Virus record (IMG/VR): IMGVR_UViG_3300045988_012220
Coordinates: 32,001 to 96,000 of that record
Source: a virus
Length of the DNA stretch: 64,000 nucleotides
Reading direction: 5' to 3' (one strand)
Shown here in pieces: positions 63,907 to 64,000 of the stretch (positions are counted from its first letter, which is position 1; each line of letters opens with the position of its first letter). A program made the position numbers and the translations under genes. The notes under the pieces were generated by a model. It was given only the letters and a program-made list of their open reading frames with translations. It had not been told where the DNA came from and searched no databases.

Positions 63907-64000
63907 ATTTCTGTAACGTTTTTGTTAACCAGTCTTTCATGGTGCTAAATCCGTTGTCACGAACAGCATCTGATAGATCTTTGGCTTTAAATTTCTTATT
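63899..64000 (-). CDS. 3' end of a - strand gene (partial)
   Basis: Open frame running in from the window edge, ending ...KDWLTKTLQKYD with TGA 63901-63899, overlapping the next ATG. Too short to characterise. Confidence 0.35.
   Translation of the reverse strand, partial: NKKFKAKDLSDAVRDNGFSTMKDWLTKTLQKYD

Noticed and set aside
1-64000. CRISPR arrays, a diversity-generating retroelement, integrase or attachment sites, and toxin-antitoxin pairs
   Set aside because: I saw no regularly spaced direct repeats, no reverse transcriptase or integrase motifs, and no template/variable repeat pair by eye. Long imperfect repeats would need computational confirmation.

Overview
This window reads as a crAss-like (Crassvirales-type) phage fragment. 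Positions 1-60731 are a single + strand virion, packaging, lysis and cargo arm. It meets a short - strand arm of recombination/replication-type genes (60813-64000) at a convergent hairpin terminator. The main feature is genetic-code recoding. Every + strand gene in the six-frame track is broken only at TAG. The fragments stay in one frame, and each reconstructed gene ends in TAA or TGA, so TAG must be a sense codon here, most likely Gln. The - strand genes contain no TAG and read under the standard code. Reading TAG as sense gives tail fibres, TerL, portal, a glucosaminidase-domain virion protein, scaffold, major capsid protein, a lysis cassette, a 1553-aa tail protein and two giant ORFs of 5164 and 2230 aa. 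The larger giant ORF carries a beta-prime-like double-psi beta-barrel RNA polymerase motif. Two paralogous ORF-less group I introns were found by eye. One splits the major capsid gene (15865-16135). The other splits the RNAP exactly inside its DFDID catalytic motif (50728-50988). Further points are a free-standing HNH endonuclease inside the lysis cassette, a candidate holin hidden by four TAG codons, a CTAG-rich structured intergenic element, cysteine-cluster peptides, and TAG-free AT-rich patches that suggest recent domain swaps. No suppressor tRNA, CRISPR array, integrase or reverse transcriptase was seen. All coordinates come from hand translation. Product names are motif- or position-based inferences with no database search.
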